From positions 128,001 to 192,000 of the forward strand of contig CAWAGQ010000007.1 in NCBI GenBank assembly GCA_963781585.1: DNA of 64,000 bases. Direction: 5' to 3'. This document shows, in pieces, positions 53,992 through 64,000 of the stretch. Each line of letters starts with the position of its first letter. The stretch's first letter is position 1. The notes under the pieces are model-generated. The model saw only the letters and a program-made list of their open reading frames with translations. It was not told the origin of the DNA and did no database searches. The translations under genes and the position numbers were made by a program. The DNA is from an uncultured Gemmatimonadaceae bacterium (GTDB lineage Bacteria; Gemmatimonadota; Gemmatimonadetes; Gemmatimonadales; Gemmatimonadaceae).

Positions 53992-54597
53992 TCAGTCGAA
54001 GCGAACCGCTTGGAGCTTGTAGGTGTGCCCGGACGCCAGGATGACAATCGTATCCGCGGCCATTGTTGCGGGCACGGCATGGCCCGACGCGTCCATCAGG
54101 AGGAGCGCGTCGCGCGTCCAGGAGTACGTTCCCGATGACACCGTGACGTCCAGCGTCCGCGCTGAGTCACCTGGGAAGTCGACGCGCTGGGTAAGCACCA
54201 GAGTATACCCTCCCACACGGCAGGGAATCATCAGGTACGCGACTGTGTCCCCCACAGTCACCAACCCGTTCAAATGCAGAACCGCTCCGTTGGGAATCTC
54301 GGTCACACAGGCTCCGGACATGGGCCCCGCGGGCGTGAAGACGGTATCCGAATAGTGCGCGTAGCGCTGGAACGTCAGCGTGCCGGAGAGGATGCTAACC
54401 CGGGCACCTGCCGAGTCGACGGTGCAGCAGGGAACCGTCGCCGCATCGACCGTTCGGAGCGAATCGAGGGCCACGACGGAACCGAGGTCCACGGTAACGG
54501 ACGCGAGGTCCGAGGCGACGGAGGTGGGCGATTCGCACGCGCCCGCCAGCAGAGCGGCAGCGGATAGAGCAACCAGGATAGAAAGTGGTCGGCGCAT
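53992..54597 (-). CDS. Hypothetical lipoprotein (cassette)
   Basis: MRRPLSILVALSAAALLAGAC lipobox. Confidence 0.75.
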   Translation of the reverse strand: MRRPLSILVALSAAALLAGACESPTSVASDLASVTVDLGSVVALDSLRTVDAATVPCCTVDSAGARVSILSGTLTFQRYAHYSDTVFTPAGPMSGACVTEIPNGAVLHLNGLVTVGDTVAYLMIPCRVGGYTLVLTQRVDFPGDSARTLDVTVSSGTYSWTRDALLLMDASGHAVPATMAADTIVILASGHTYKLQAVRFD

Positions 54598-54754
54598 GGC
54601 TCGGGCTCCATCGAGACTGTTCTGTAGTATCGACCCCAAGCCAGCGGCTCGGTATCCGCTTATCCCCGACGGGGGGTCGAGCCTTGACCGACCGAGGGCT
54701 GTGGTGACGAAGTGACAACATCACCAGCGTCCGCACGCGCCAGCGGAAGTCGCC

Positions 54755-54865
54755 GCCTAACGCTCCAGCATAAGCTGCCCCGCATCCAACAATCGCGCGC
54801 GCTGGCGCAGCACAGCGCGCGCTTCCTTCAGAGTATGCGGGGTCAGCTTCATGCTGTTGTTGAAC
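54755..54865 (-). other. attC site (host arms; R'' now supplied by the element end)
   Basis: GCCTAAC..cagcataagctgccccgcat / atgcggggtcagcttcatgctg..GTT|GAAC. Confidence 0.9.
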
Positions 54866-54984
54866 TCAATCCGCCTTCGGCGTCTAGCACTGCGATTTCG
54901 GTGCGTGCCCTTACTCCACCGTGGCTGATGAAGTTGGCGGAGTGATGTCCAATGTTCACGCTGAACCCCTTCAGCGAGGACACC

Positions 54985-55857
54985 ATGACACCGCTCCGCC
55001 AACGCATGATCCAGGATCTCCAGCTCCGCGGCTACTCCGATCGCACCGTCGAAGCCTACGTCCGCTCCGTCGCTCAGCTGGCCCGCTTCTATCATGCCTC
55101 ACCCGACACCCTCACGGAAGAGCAGCTCCGCGACTACCTCCTTCACCTCACCACCGTTCAGAAGGTCGCCCGGGGCACCCACACCATCGCCCTCTGCGGC
55201 CTCAAGTTCTTCTACCAGCACACGCTTGGGCGCGAGTGGATGGTCCTCAAGGTGGCCCGGCCCAAGGGGGAGAAGAAGCTCCCGGTCGTCCTGAGCCGCG
55301 GCGAGGTCTGGCAAATCCTGGATCATCTTCGACTTCCCGTCTACCGCGTCTGCCTGACGACCATCTACGCCTGCGGCCTCCGCCTCTTGGAGGGCGCCCG
55401 CCTCCAGGTCCCCGATGTCGATGGTGCCCGGAAGCTGCTCCACATTCACGGCAAGCGCCGCAAGGATCGCTACGTCCCGCTCCCGGACGCCACCCTCGCG
55501 CTGTTGCGAGAGCACTGGCGGACGCACCGTAATCCCCTCTGGCTCTTCCCCACGATCACCCGATCCCATGCCGGCGTCCTGAGCGACCCGGCCGTGGGCC
55601 CCATCTCCCGCGCCAGCCTTCAGAGCGCCTTCGTCCGTGCTGTCAGGGCCAGCGGTATCCACAAGCGCGCGCACGTCCACACGCTCCGGCACAGCTACGC
55701 CACGCACCTGCTGGAGGCCGGTGTCAATCTGCGATTGATCCAGGAGTATCTGGGCCACACCAGTCCCAGAACAACCGCCATCTACACCCACCTCACCCGG
55801 GAGCTCCACGACGCCGCGCTGAGTCCGATCAACGATCTCATGGCGCGTCGCTCTTGA
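54985..55857 (+). CDS. Tyrosine recombinase (copy 2)
   Basis: Translation identical to 44386-45258. Confidence 0.93.
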   Translation: MTPLRQRMIQDLQLRGYSDRTVEAYVRSVAQLARFYHASPDTLTEEQLRDYLLHLTTVQKVARGTHTIALCGLKFFYQHTLGREWMVLKVARPKGEKKLPVVLSRGEVWQILDHLRLPVYRVCLTTIYACGLRLLEGARLQVPDVDGARKLLHIHGKRRKDRYVPLPDATLALLREHWRTHRNPLWLFPTITRSHAGVLSDPAVGPISRASLQSAFVRAVRASGIHKRAHVHTLRHSYATHLLEAGVNLRLIQEYLGHTSPRTTAIYTHLTRELHDAALSPINDLMARRS

Positions 55858-55904
55858 GTCGTTAGGCCCGTCGGTTCAGACAGCCACTGCCCCCGAGACG
55901 GGCC

Positions 55905-57074
55905 GTGGTGGAGCTCGCGGACATCCTCCGCAGGGCGGGGCCCGAGTATCTGCGGACCCACGCCGGACCGCTCCTGCCCTCCCACCGGAGGGCCATGAAC
56001 GACATCGTCCAGTGTCGCACACCGGCCCTCGGTGGCTCGCTCTACCGCTGCGACGAGTGCGCTGCCCTCGCGTACCGCTACCACTCCTGCCGCAACCGCC
56101 ACTGTCCCACGTGCCAGGACGATCGGGCCCAGAGATGGTTGGAGCGAGTCCGGCAGCGGCTTCTCCACACCGGCCACTACCTCCTCACGTTCACCCTCCC
56201 ACAGGGGCTGCGGTCCGTCGCCCGATCGCACCAGCGCCTGGTATACGCCGCCCTTCTACGCGAAGCAGCTGCCACTGTCCTCACGCTCTGTAAGGACCCG
56301 AACTGGGTGGGCGGCACTCCCGCCATCCTCGCCGTACTCCACACCTGGTCGCGCACCCTGGAGCACCATCCCCACGTCCACCTCCTCGTCAGCGCCGGCG
56401 GCCTCGGCGCGGACGGCACGGCCTGGATCAAGCCCGCTCATTCTCGTTTCCTCGTCCCGGGCTACATGCTCTCCCCGATCTTCCGGGCGAAGATGCGCGA
56501 CGCGTTCGCACGAGCCGGCCTCGCCGGCGAGGTCGATCCCGGCGTGTGGACCCACCGCTGGACGGTCCACGTCAAGGCCATCGGCACCGGGCAGCACGCC
56601 GCACTCTATCTCTCCCGCTACATCTACCGCGTCGCCCTCACCAACCACCGCATCGAACGCTTCAGCAATGATCGCGTCACCTTCCGCTATACCCACGCAC
56701 GCACCGGGGAGACCCGGCGCCTGACGCTGCCGGTGAACACCTTCATCGGCCGTTTCCTCCAGCACGTCCTCCCCCGAGGCTTCACCAAGGTCCGCTCCTA
56801 TGGTCTCCTGAGCCCCGGCCGCCGCACGCAGCTGGAACGGGCCCGCGATCTCCTCGAGCTTCACGCTCGCGACGGCGTCCCGAAGTCCGCGAGCAACATC
56901 CCGGCGCAGACTCCGGTCGCGCACGACCAGCCACCAACCGCGCCGGACCCCTGCTGCCCGGTCTGTCGGCGCGGTCGCCTCGTGGTCATCGACCACTTCA
57001 CCCGATCGCGCGCGCCGCCGGACTCGTGGTCCTCGCCGTGCTCCACCCCACCGACTGCCACAGTCGCCGCATGA
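55905..57074 (+). CDS. IS91-family HUH/Y2 transposase (copy 2)
   Basis: Translation identical to 45306-46475. Confidence 0.93.
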   Translation: MVELADILRRAGPEYLRTHAGPLLPSHRRAMNDIVQCRTPALGGSLYRCDECAALAYRYHSCRNRHCPTCQDDRAQRWLERVRQRLLHTGHYLLTFTLPQGLRSVARSHQRLVYAALLREAAATVLTLCKDPNWVGGTPAILAVLHTWSRTLEHHPHVHLLVSAGGLGADGTAWIKPAHSRFLVPGYMLSPIFRAKMRDAFARAGLAGEVDPGVWTHRWTVHVKAIGTGQHAALYLSRYIYRVALTNHRIERFSNDRVTFRYTHARTGETRRLTLPVNTFIGRFLQHVLPRGFTKVRSYGLLSPGRRTQLERARDLLELHARDGVPKSASNIPAQTPVAHDQPPTAPDPCCPVCRRGRLVVIDHFTRSRAPPDSWSSPCSTPPTATVAA

Positions 57075-57287
57075 TCCGCGCGCGTGGTCCGGCGAAGCCG
57101 CGCCCCATGATCGCCGGAGCGCACGGCCAACGCTGCGCCGGCCTCAATCGCGCGCGGCTGGTCCGGTGCGCGGCCCCCGGTCTGGGCTCGGCAGGCCGCC
57201 TGACGCTCGCTTCGCTGGGCGTCCTGGACGTCGCCTCGGGTCACGCACCCGCCTGAAACTCCAAGGCCCTGCCGCGGGGCGGACTGA

Positions 57288-57345
57288 GTTCAACCCCAGA
57301 TTGTGCCGCGGCTATCGCGCGGCACGAATCTTTACTTCGTTAGAC
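57288..57345 (-). other. Element-borne attC-like hairpin completed by host R'' GTCTAAC
   Basis: Same hairpin as 46689-46742, ending in GTTAGAC. Confidence 0.8.
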
Positions 57346-57753
57346 ACCGTGCGCCGCGCGTCCGCGCATGCGCCACGCCGTCGCGGCCAGCCGTCGAATG
57401 AGATCCACTGCAATCCCGAACGCCACGAGCGCGGCTACCATGAGTGGCCAGCCGCTCACCTGCCGGGTGCCAAGGAGCAGCGCAGTGACGCCCAGCCAGA
57501 GCAGCGCGGCTCGCCAGAGTGCGCGCCGATCGCGTGGAAGCGCCAGCCAGGTCGCACCCAGCAGCAGCACGGCGGTGCCGACGCTGTAGCCGGCAGTGAC
57601 GGCGGCGGCGTGAGGGTCGGCGATCGGTGCCACTGGACCCGGTGCGCGCGCGACGCTCACCCCGACGATCGCCACGAACGCAGCGGTAACGAGCCACACC
57701 GCGGTGAGGACGCTGAGCGTCACGATGCGAAGCCATGGAGGAACCACACTCAT
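57340..57753 (-). CDS. First cassette: 4-TM membrane protein
   Basis: MSVVPPWLRIV...; stop inside R''; cassette ends gtgtctaac / gttagacac are complementary. Confidence 0.75.
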   Translation of the reverse strand: MSVVPPWLRIVTLSVLTAVWLVTAAFVAIVGVSVARAPGPVAPIADPHAAAVTAGYSVGTAVLLLGATWLALPRDRRALWRAALLWLGVTALLLGTRQVSGWPLMVAALVAFGIAVDLIRRLAATAWRMRGRAAHGV

Positions 57754-57782
57754 CGCGCAATGCGTTTCGGTGTTCCGCGTGT

Positions 57783-57850
57783 GTCTAACAAATATTGGAC
57801 CCTCATCCCCATCCCCGTCACCCGTTCCCATACGACCCATACGTTACCCC
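57783..57850 (-). other. Putative attI site
   Basis: Minus strand GGTCCAA-TATTT-GTTAGAC (L box, 5-bp spacer, core) with no attC hairpin; short direct repeats (CGTATGGG x2, GGGGATG x2) upstream. Confidence 0.75.
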
Positions 57851-57857
57851 AAGCCGC

Positions 57858-58859
57858 CTAATCCGACAATCCTGGTCCACTCAGTAACCGATCCACCGGG
57901 CTCTGAACGCCAAGCCTGCCGCGATTCAGAACGTGCGTGTAGATCATCGTCGTCGACACATCACGATGTCCCAGCAATTCCTGCACAGTGCGAATGTCGT
58001 AACCGGCTTCGAGCAGGTGCGTCGCAAATGAGTGCCGCAAGGTGTGACAGCTCGCCCGTTTCCCGATCCCACTGGCGCGCACTGCCCTCGCCATTGCACG
58101 CTGAATTGCGGTCTCATGATAATGATGCCGGCGGGTCGTGCCGGTCTCGCGCTGCTGATAGCGGCGCCGCGCGGGAAAGACCCATTGCCACGCCCATTCC
58201 GTCGCGGCGTTCGGGTACTTCCGGACCAAGGCGTCCGGAAGGTCCACCGCACCGCCGCCCACTGCCAGATCGCTGGCGTGCAGTGCCCGCACGCGCTCAA
58301 GGTGCTCGCGCAATAATGGTACCGCGTGAGTGGGCAGCATCGTGACGCGGTCACGCGCCCCCTTTCCGCGACGCACCCGGATTTCTCCGCGGTCGAGGTC
58401 CAGGTCTTTCACCCGCAGCGTCAGGCACTCCATCAGCCGCAGCCCGCTTCCATAGAGAAGCATTCCTACCAGGCGCGGCACGCCATCGAGCATGCGCAGC
58501 ACGCATCGTACCTCTCTTTCGCTGAGAACCACGGGTAACCGGTGCGGGGCCCGAGCCTTCGGCACATCGCCGAGGCCGTCGAGTGGCCGATCGAGCACGT
58601 GCTTGTAGAGGAACTGCAACGCGGCGAGTGCCTGTGCCTGCGTGGCCGCGGACAGCTTGCGCTCGACCGCCAGCGCGGTGAGGAACTGCACGACCTCACG
58701 TTCGCCCAAATCCTTCGGATGACGGAGGCCGTGGAACTTGACGAAGCGCCGCGCCCAACCGACATACGCCTGTTCCGTTCGCGGGCTGAAATGGCCGAGC
58801 CGCAGATTCGCGCGCAAGGAATGCAGTAGTTTCGATTTGGGCTGCACGAGGTCCCCCAC
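57858..58859 (-). CDS. intI: Integron integrase
   Basis: [20 protein letters not shown], IntI-specific insertion [10 protein letters not shown]...[40 protein letters not shown]. Confidence 0.97.
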   Translation of the reverse strand: MGDLVQPKSKLLHSLRANLRLGHFSPRTEQAYVGWARRFVKFHGLRHPKDLGEREVVQFLTALAVERKLSAATQAQALAALQFLYKHVLDRPLDGLGDVPKARAPHRLPVVLSEREVRCVLRMLDGVPRLVGMLLYGSGLRLMECLTLRVKDLDLDRGEIRVRRGKGARDRVTMLPTHAVPLLREHLERVRALHASDLAVGGGAVDLPDALVRKYPNAATEWAWQWVFPARRRYQQRETGTTRRHHYHETAIQRAMARAVRASGIGKRASCHTLRHSFATHLLEAGYDIRTVQELLGHRDVSTTMIYTHVLNRGRLGVQSPVDRLLSGPGLSD

Positions 58860-59022
58860 GGCAATTCGGTGCGCCGAAATGCATACCGTCGGGAACCTCC
58901 TGAGCCATCACCATTCAATTGCACACCGAAGCGTTATTGCCCGGCACACTCCTCGCCATGGAGGCGGCGTCCCGCTCCTCCGGCAACAGCCACGGCCTAC
59001 TCCAGCCGGATTCCGCGACCGA

Positions 59023-62000
59023 TCACTCCGGCGGCGCCACCGCCGGTTGCCCCGCCGCACGCCGCTTCGCATTCAACGCCGCGAGTCCCGTCGTACTCAG
59101 CGCCGTCCACTCGCGCATCACGCTCGCCGCCTCGGCCTGCGCGGAGCTGGCCGCAGAGAGACGCGTGGCGGTCGGCGCGACATCCGCGGTCGACAGCGCG
59201 GCGGCCGCTGATACGAGCGCATTGCTCGCGCCATTCAGCGTCGGCGGCGCGTTACCACCACCTCCACGCCCCCGCCCACCACCGAATCCGCCGCGCCCCC
59301 CACGACCTCCGCGGCCACCGCCCGCCGCTTCGGCCGGCGCCAGGGAATCCACTCGCACCTTGAATGCCTGGACGTCCGCACCGGACATCGCACCGAGCTT
59401 CTCCGACCACGCGCGCGCCTTCTCGTACGCGTTATGCGCCGCCACGGCGCTCGTGTACATCGACCGCGTCATCGTCGCCACCTGCGCCGCGGTCACCGTC
59501 GACATCTTCACACGCGGATCGAGTCTGAGCAGCAGCGGCTGGGTGTACGCCGTGCCGTCGACAATCAGTCGCACGGTGTAGCGCCCGGGCGGCGCCCACG
59601 GTGTGTTGATGTTGGGATACGTGGCGTGCGGCACGGCCCCGCCCCCGATGCTGAACGGCGCGTCCTCGCCGATCACGTCGTACCGCAGATCCCAGCTGAA
59701 GCGGTGCGCGCCGGCCTTCGCCGACAACGTCAGCGGCGGCGCCGGCCAGTAGAGCGGCAGGTTGCAGTCCTGCGCCCCGGGGTCCTTCTTGCAGATCTCG
59801 TTGTACGCCGCCGGATCGGTAGCCGGATGGGGATCGCGCGCGGTGTCGGCGCTCGAGTAGTGCCTGACGAGATTGCCCGCCGCATCCACGATCTCCAGCC
59901 GCACGGCCGACGTCGCGTCCGCGCCCAGGTAGTAATCGAGCAGCGCGCCCGGCATCGGATTCTGGCCGGCGGCCACCTCGGGCGGCCACGGCGTGGGATC
60001 GTTCGTGCTGTGCCGCACCCGCACCGCCGTCACGGGCCGCACGAGATACGCCTTCTTCGCCGCGGCCGCCGAGCGGATCGCCGCCGCCTGACGAAGGGGC
60101 GTCAGGTCGTCGAGAATCCAGAACCCGCGGCCATGCGTGCCGGCAACCAGATCGGCGCACAGGCACGTGCTGTCGTCCTTGACCGCGATGTCGCGCACCG
60201 ACACCGCGGGCATGTTGAACCGGATCGACTCCCAGTGACCGCCGTCATCGAACGACACCCACACCTGCGTCTCCGTCGCCGCGTACAGGAGCCCGCGCAC
60301 CCGCGGGTCCTCGCGAATGGAATTCGACACCGCCCCCGCCGCGATGCCCGTGTTGATCTCGGTCCACGTCTTGCCACCGTCGTGGGTCCGGAAGAAGTGC
60401 GGATTCATGTCGTCGACACGCATCGTATTCACGGCGGCGTAGGCCGTCTGCGTGTCGAAGTGTCCCGCGTCCATGTTGAACACGCGCGCCCACGGCTTCA
60501 CCGACGGCGGCGTCACGTTCCGCCACGTCGTGCCGCCGTTCGTCGTCACCTGGATGACCCCGTCGTCCGTTCCCGCCCACAGCACCATCAGACTTCGCGG
60601 CGACGGGGCCAGCGCGGTGATGCTCCCCGCCGGGCCCGGCGTCACGTCGCTCGCGTACTTGCCCACACTCGGCGGCACCGCCCACGTCTGGCGCGTGAGG
60701 TCGCCGCTGATGCGCGTCCAGCTGCTCCCATGATTGATGGTCTTGTAGACCGCGTTCTGCGCATAGAACAATGTGGTGTTGTCCACCGGCGAGAAGACCA
60801 GCGGCATCGTGCGCACGTTGCGGCTGAATCCGGTCGTCACCGGCCCCACGCTCGTCGACTGCCGCAGGCTGCGATCGTACATCGACACTGTGTTGCGCGA
60901 GGCGCCGTAGACGACATCGGGATTCTTCGGATCGGGCGCGGCCATCCCGTACTCCTGGATGTTCACGGGATGCCAATCGTGAAACGTGATCTCGCCGTCC
61001 GACCCTCGGCTCTCCACGCACGCGGAGCCCGAGTCCTGCTGTCCGCCGCACAGCTGGTAGGGGAACGCGTTGTCGGCGGTGACGTGATACATCGCCGCGG
61101 TGGGCTGGGTGTACCACGTGCTCCAGCTCGCGCCGCGATTGGCCGAGACCACCGCACCCTGGTCGGCGACGGCGAGAATGATGTCGGGATCGTCAGGGTT
61201 GATCCAGACCTTCTGATAGTCGTCGCCCCCGGGCGCGCCCCGCACGGCGGACCACGTCACGCCGCCGTCCTCGGTGCGCCACATCACCGTCGATGCGCTG
61301 TACACCACGTTCTCGTTCTTCGGATCGACGGCCAGGGTGGGGAGATCGCCGCCGCCGATGCGGCCCAGTGGTCGCGTGTCCTGCCCGGTCGCGGCGCCGC
61401 GGCCGCCACCCGTGAAAAACGGGTTGCCGGTCGGCGCACCACGACCGCCGCCGCTCGCAATCGCCGGATTGCGGACGAGGGTCCAGTGTTCCCCCGCGTC
61501 CGACGACTTGTAGAAGCCGACCTGGCCTGTGGTCTGATTGTTCGCGGTGGCGCCTGCAACCGTCGCGTAGAGGACCCGCGGATTGCTCTGCGAGAGAGCC
61601 AGATTCGCCTGGATGACCGGCGGGAGGCCCTCGGTGAGCGGCTTCCACGTGGTACCGCCGTCGGTGGACTTGAAGATCCCATTGCCGGCGCCGCCGAAGC
61701 CGCCGCCTTCCACATAGGATTGCTGCTGCTGCCAGAGGGTGGCGTAGACGGTGTTCGGGTTGGACGGGTCGATGCGGACGTCGTTGCCGCTGGTGTACTC
61801 GTCGCGGTACAACACCTTCTCGAACGTCCGGCCGCCGTCTGTGGATCGGAAGATTCCCCGTTCCTCGTTCGGCCCGTACGGGTGGCCGAGCGCGGCCACG
61901 AAAAGCCGGTTGGGATTGCGCGGGTCGACGTCGATCATTGCGATCATCTGCGAGTCGCGGAGCCCCAGGTGGGTCCAGGTGGCCCCGCCGTCGGTGGACT

Positions 62001-62367
62001 TGTAGACGCCGTCGCCGGTGGAGAGGTCGGGCCGGATGATGCCGGCGCCGCTCCCGACATAGATGATGTTGGGATCGGATGGCGCCACAGCAATCGCCCC
62101 GATCGAACCGATCGGCTGGCTGTCGAACAGCGGCACCCAGTTCGCGCCGTAGTCGGTGGAGCGCCACACGCCGCCATTGTCGTAGCCGACATAGAAGACG
62201 TTAGGCTGGCTCGGGACCCCCGACAACGCGCGGGCGCGGCCGGCCCGCGGGGGGCCGATCGACCGCCAGTGCAGGTCGGCGACGTCGGTGGACTGGGCGC
62301 CCGCCGTCAGGGTGACGGCGGCGGCGAGGGCGGTGGCGAGAAGCACACGGCGCGGCGAAAGACGCAC
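59023..62367 (-). CDS. Secreted BNR/VPS10-repeat glycosyl hydrolase-like protein
   Basis: WRSIGP.RAGR, repeated Asp-boxes (KSTDGGxTW), GGQQDSGS, THGRGFWILDD. Confidence 0.9.
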   Translation of the reverse strand: MRLSPRRVLLATALAAAVTLTAGAQSTDVADLHWRSIGPPRAGRARALSGVPSQPNVFYVGYDNGGVWRSTDYGANWVPLFDSQPIGSIGAIAVAPSDPNIIYVGSGAGIIRPDLSTGDGVYKSTDGGATWTHLGLRDSQMIAMIDVDPRNPNRLFVAALGHPYGPNEERGIFRSTDGGRTFEKVLYRDEYTSGNDVRIDPSNPNTVYATLWQQQQSYVEGGGFGGAGNGIFKSTDGGTTWKPLTEGLPPVIQANLALSQSNPRVLYATVAGATANNQTTGQVGFYKSSDAGEHWTLVRNPAIASGGGRGAPTGNPFFTGGGRGAATGQDTRPLGRIGGGDLPTLAVDPKNENVVYSASTVMWRTEDGGVTWSAVRGAPGGDDYQKVWINPDDPDIILAVADQGAVVSANRGASWSTWYTQPTAAMYHVTADNAFPYQLCGGQQDSGSACVESRGSDGEITFHDWHPVNIQEYGMAAPDPKNPDVVYGASRNTVSMYDRSLRQSTSVGPVTTGFSRNVRTMPLVFSPVDNTTLFYAQNAVYKTINHGSSWTRISGDLTRQTWAVPPSVGKYASDVTPGPAGSITALAPSPRSLMVLWAGTDDGVIQVTTNGGTTWRNVTPPSVKPWARVFNMDAGHFDTQTAYAAVNTMRVDDMNPHFFRTHDGGKTWTEINTGIAAGAVSNSIREDPRVRGLLYAATETQVWVSFDDGGHWESIRFNMPAVSVRDIAVKDDSTCLCADLVAGTHGRGFWILDDLTPLRQAAAIRSAAAAKKAYLVRPVTAVRVRHSTNDPTPWPPEVAAGQNPMPGALLDYYLGADATSAVRLEIVDAAGNLVRHYSSADTARDPHPATDPAAYNEICKKDPGAQDCNLPLYWPAPPLTLSAKAGAHRFSWDLRYDVIGEDAPFSIGGGAVPHATYPNINTPWAPPGRYTVRLIVDGTAYTQPLLLRLDPRVKMSTVTAAQVATMTRSMYTSAVAAHNAYEKARAWSEKLGAMSGADVQAFKVRVDSLAPAEAAGGGRGGRGGRGGFGGGRGRGGGGNAPPTLNGASNALVSAAAALSTADVAPTATRLSAASSAQAEAASVMREWTALSTTGLAALNAKRRAAGQPAVAPPE

Positions 62368-62581
62368 GGATCGGCTCGTGATGAGGTGGGAAAAGTGACG
62401 TTATGGGCCGCCCCGGGAGGCGTCAAGGAAAGGGGCCGCCGGCAGGACGGTCCTCGTTCCGAGGAACGCCGTTCTCTTCCTCGGTCGGCCTCGGCCGGGG
62501 GAGAATGCTGTTGCTTTCCGTCCGGCGATTACGCGCCCTGCCTGACGAGCGGTTGCTTCTTCGCTGAACGGACGGGGCGGA

Positions 62582-62827
62582 CTATGCTCCGTCGAGCCGC
62601 GCCCGAACCGCGTCGAGGATCCGCTGTGCCGAGGGAAGCACTCCCAGGGCAGCCAGGGCGCCGCCCTCGAGTACCGTGGCGCCGTCCACCTCCACCTGGA
62701 AGTGCCCGTAGGGGCCGCCGACCAGATCGACGTCCGCCTGCAGTTCGCGCCGCAGCCGCGCCGCCACCCGGACGGCGTGAAGTCGCGTCACTCAGTATGC
62801 GCAGGAGCGAATCAGTATGCGAGCCAT
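62582..62827 (-). CDS. Rdx-family (SelW/SelT/SelH-like) selenoprotein, Sec at TGA 62792-62794
   Basis: GAGGA RBS, MARILIRSCAY-U-VTRLHAVRVAARL...GGPYGHFQVEVDG; CxxU motif; hairpin 14 nt after TGA. Confidence 0.8.
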
Positions 62828-62999
62828 GAATCCTCTTCGGGAAGGACACAACTCCGTGCGGGAAAACATAACGCCAGCCGCAAGCGGTCGCTGGCGCAGA
62901 TTCTCCTGGACCTCGAGATCGCGGTCTTCGGCGCCCGTGGACGTCTCGATGAAGTTCGGTGCGGCTCGCCCGGGCACTGCGAGCGCAGCGGTCGTCGCC

Positions 63000-64000
63000 C
63001 TATTGGGACCTGAGCGCTTCCGACGGCGCAATCCGCGCCGCTCGAGCCGCCGGAATCCAGCAGGCCGCCACGCCGATCGCCGCCATCACCAGGGTCACCC
63101 CGCCTAACGTCGTTGGATCGTACGGCCCCACCTCGAACAGCAACGCCCGGATGTAGCGGGCCAGCGCCAGCGATCCGATGACGCCGATCGCGAGCCCGAA
63201 CACCACCAGCACGCCGCCCTCGCGCAGAACCATCGCCAGCACCTGGCCCGGCCGCGCACCCAGGCTCATGCGCACGCCGATCTCGCTGGTGCGCGCGCTC
63301 ACGGAGAAGGCCAGCACCGCCGCGATGCCGATGGCGGCGATCACCAGCGCCAGCAGGCCGAACGAACCCACCAGCAGCGCGTTCACCCGGCGCGGCCCCA
63401 CACTCTCGTCCCGGATGGCGTCGAGCGGCAGCACGTTCTTCACCGGCTGCTCGGGGGCGATGGAGTGCACCACTTCGCGCGCGGCGACCGCGAGTCCCAT
63501 CGGATTCACCTCGGTGCGGATCACGAGGCCGCCGGTCGGGAACTCCCCCTGGGCGAACGGCATGAACACCGCGCGCACCGGCTTGGCATCGAGTCCGCCG
63601 TCCTTCGTGTCGCGCGACACGCCGACGATGGTCCGCCACTCCTCCTTCATCCCGATGAATTTCAGCACATCGCCGGTCCAGGTGATGCGCCGCCCGATCG
63701 GATCCTCGCCCGGATACAGCAGTCTGGCCAATGTCTGATTGATGATCACCACCCTGGGCGCCCTGGCATCGTCGATGACGCCGAACTCCCGGCCGGCCAC
63801 GAGCGGTATCCCGGACGCCTTGAAGTAGCCGGGATCGGCGGTGCGATACTCGGCCTGCGGCACGGGCTCACCCACCGCCAGCGTGCGGCCCTCGGCCTTC
63901 ACGTCGAGGTTGAAGGCCGTCGTGCGCAGCGGGACATTCGACCCCAATCCGACCACGTCGACACCCGGAATGGTCTTGAGCTCCGAAGCCATGCGCTGGT
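63000..64000 (-). CDS. Duplicated-permease ABC (MacB/FtsX) protein, C-terminal part (5' end beyond window)
   Basis: EIGVRMSLGA, ACWIPAARAARIAPSEALRSQ. Confidence 0.9.
   Translation of the reverse strand, partial: QRMASELKTIPGVDVVGLGSNVPLRTTAFNLDVKAEGRTLAVGEPVPQAEYRTADPGYFKASGIPLVAGREFGVIDDARAPRVVIINQTLARLLYPGEDPIGRRITWTGDVLKFIGMKEEWRTIVGVSRDTKDGGLDAKPVRAVFMPFAQGEFPTGGLVIRTEVNPMGLAVAAREVVHSIAPEQPVKNVLPLDAIRDESVGPRRVNALLVGSFGLLALVIAAIGIAAVLAFSVSARTSEIGVRMSLGARPGQVLAMVLREGGVLVVFGLAIGVIGSLALARYIRALLFEVGPYDPTTLGGVTLVMAAIGVAACWIPAARAARIAPSEALRSQ

Larger units (their letters stand above)
54859..57341 (+). mobile_element. Tyrosine recombinase + IS91-like Y2 transposase element inserted in attC R'' (copy 2)
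   Basis: Matches copy 1 at offset 10599; different flanks but the same junction rule. Confidence 0.92.

Noticed and set aside
58860..59020. LexA/SOS box upstream of intI
   Set aside because: No CTGT-N8-ACAG or other motif I could support; the lineage's LexA box is unknown to me.
59250..59330. GGRGG low-complexity repeats
   Set aside because: Coding Gly/Arg-rich linker inside the BNR protein, not a separate DNA repeat.
59434..62829. 1131-aa plus-strand ORF
   Set aside because: Antisense shadow of the BNR/VPS10 gene in high-GC DNA; Arg/His-rich with no domain.

Overview
High-GC window whose gene families (Ser/Thr kinase-beta-propeller fusions, PadR + duplicated-permease ABC proteins, BTAD regulator, Oar-type TonB receptor, BNR/VPS10 hydrolase) suggest a Gemmatimonadota-like bacterium; this taxonomy is an inference. 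The main structure is a sedentary integron. intI (57858-58859, minus strand) has an attI-like site just downstream of its stop codon, and its cassettes point the same way as intI, an inverted layout. attC sites are well formed from 57.3 kb to about 36 kb. They then decay, with half-sites traceable to about 0.4 kb among gene fragments. The region holds six intact and two decayed toxin-antitoxin modules. The best candidate for an under-described system is a 2480-bp element present twice (44260-46742 and 54859-57341). It encodes a tyrosine recombinase and an IS91-like HUH/Y2 transposase. Both copies sit exactly at the AAC/GTT of the R'' box of two different attC sites, and each carries its own attC-like hairpin and a 17-bp inverted repeat, so both flanks again read as attC-like sites. 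Also present: IS110/IS1111-like ends at attC sites, an IS21 element splitting a peptidase cassette, a possible 5.8-kb kinase-bearing cassette, and an Rdx/SelW-like selenoprotein (CxxU plus SECIS-like hairpin) that the ORF track splits in two.
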